Below, one piece after another: positions 63,955 to 64,000 of a stretch of 64,000 nucleotides of DNA (positions are counted from its first letter, which is position 1; every line of letters starts with the position of its first letter). Under the pieces are notes generated by a model. The model saw nothing but the letters and a program-made list of their open reading frames with translations. It ran no database searches and was not told the origin of the DNA. The position numbers were made by a program, and so were the translations under genes. The stretch spans positions 11,780,001 through 11,844,000 of the forward strand of contig NC_043010.1 in the NCBI RefSeq assembly GCF_006345805.1, read 5' to 3'. The stretch is from Octopus sinensis (lineage: Eukaryota).

Positions 63955-64000
63955 TATGTACATTATTTACATTGTTTACATTTGACAGATATTTGTCCTT
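63955..64000 (-). mobile_element. 3' tip of another hammerhead-associated element, cut by window edge
   Basis: TGTACATTATTTACATTGTTTACATTTGACAGATATTTGTCCT matches 43860-43910. Confidence 0.65.

Overview
AT-rich, repeat-saturated eukaryotic DNA. The SINE families, (TA)n/(TG)n/(GATA)n density and RTE/mariner content point to an octopus (coleoid cephalopod) genome; that is recognition from sequence style, not a database hit. There is no complete protein-coding gene, and most listed ORFs are translated microsatellites or SINE antisense. Contents: (i) dozens of SINE copies in four families that I label A-D; (ii) decayed LINEs (RTE clade at 9246-9637, 14400-16880, 19250-20155, 23070-23565, 29155-29985, 40020-40160; a CR1-group tail at 1490-1845); (iii) dead DNA transposons (Tc1 DD34E 6029-7228, mariners 7687-9245 and 36682-37390, maT DD37D 44194-44830, a Chapaev-like fragment, TTAA-flanked piggyBac-type MITEs); (iv) long foldback palindromes set in (TA)n tracts; (v) a 66-bp higher-order array grown from a SINE subrepeat; (vi) a few short exon candidates for an unidentified host gene. 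The most notable signal is a tRNA-headed, SINE-like element carrying a minimal Penelope-type hammerhead ribozyme motif. At two loci (29995-30505 and 43855-44193) it is preceded by an inverted copy of its own ribozyme-bearing tail. Hammerhead-fold remnants with different, self-complementary stems also occur in other repeat families here (2290, 17304, 57311).
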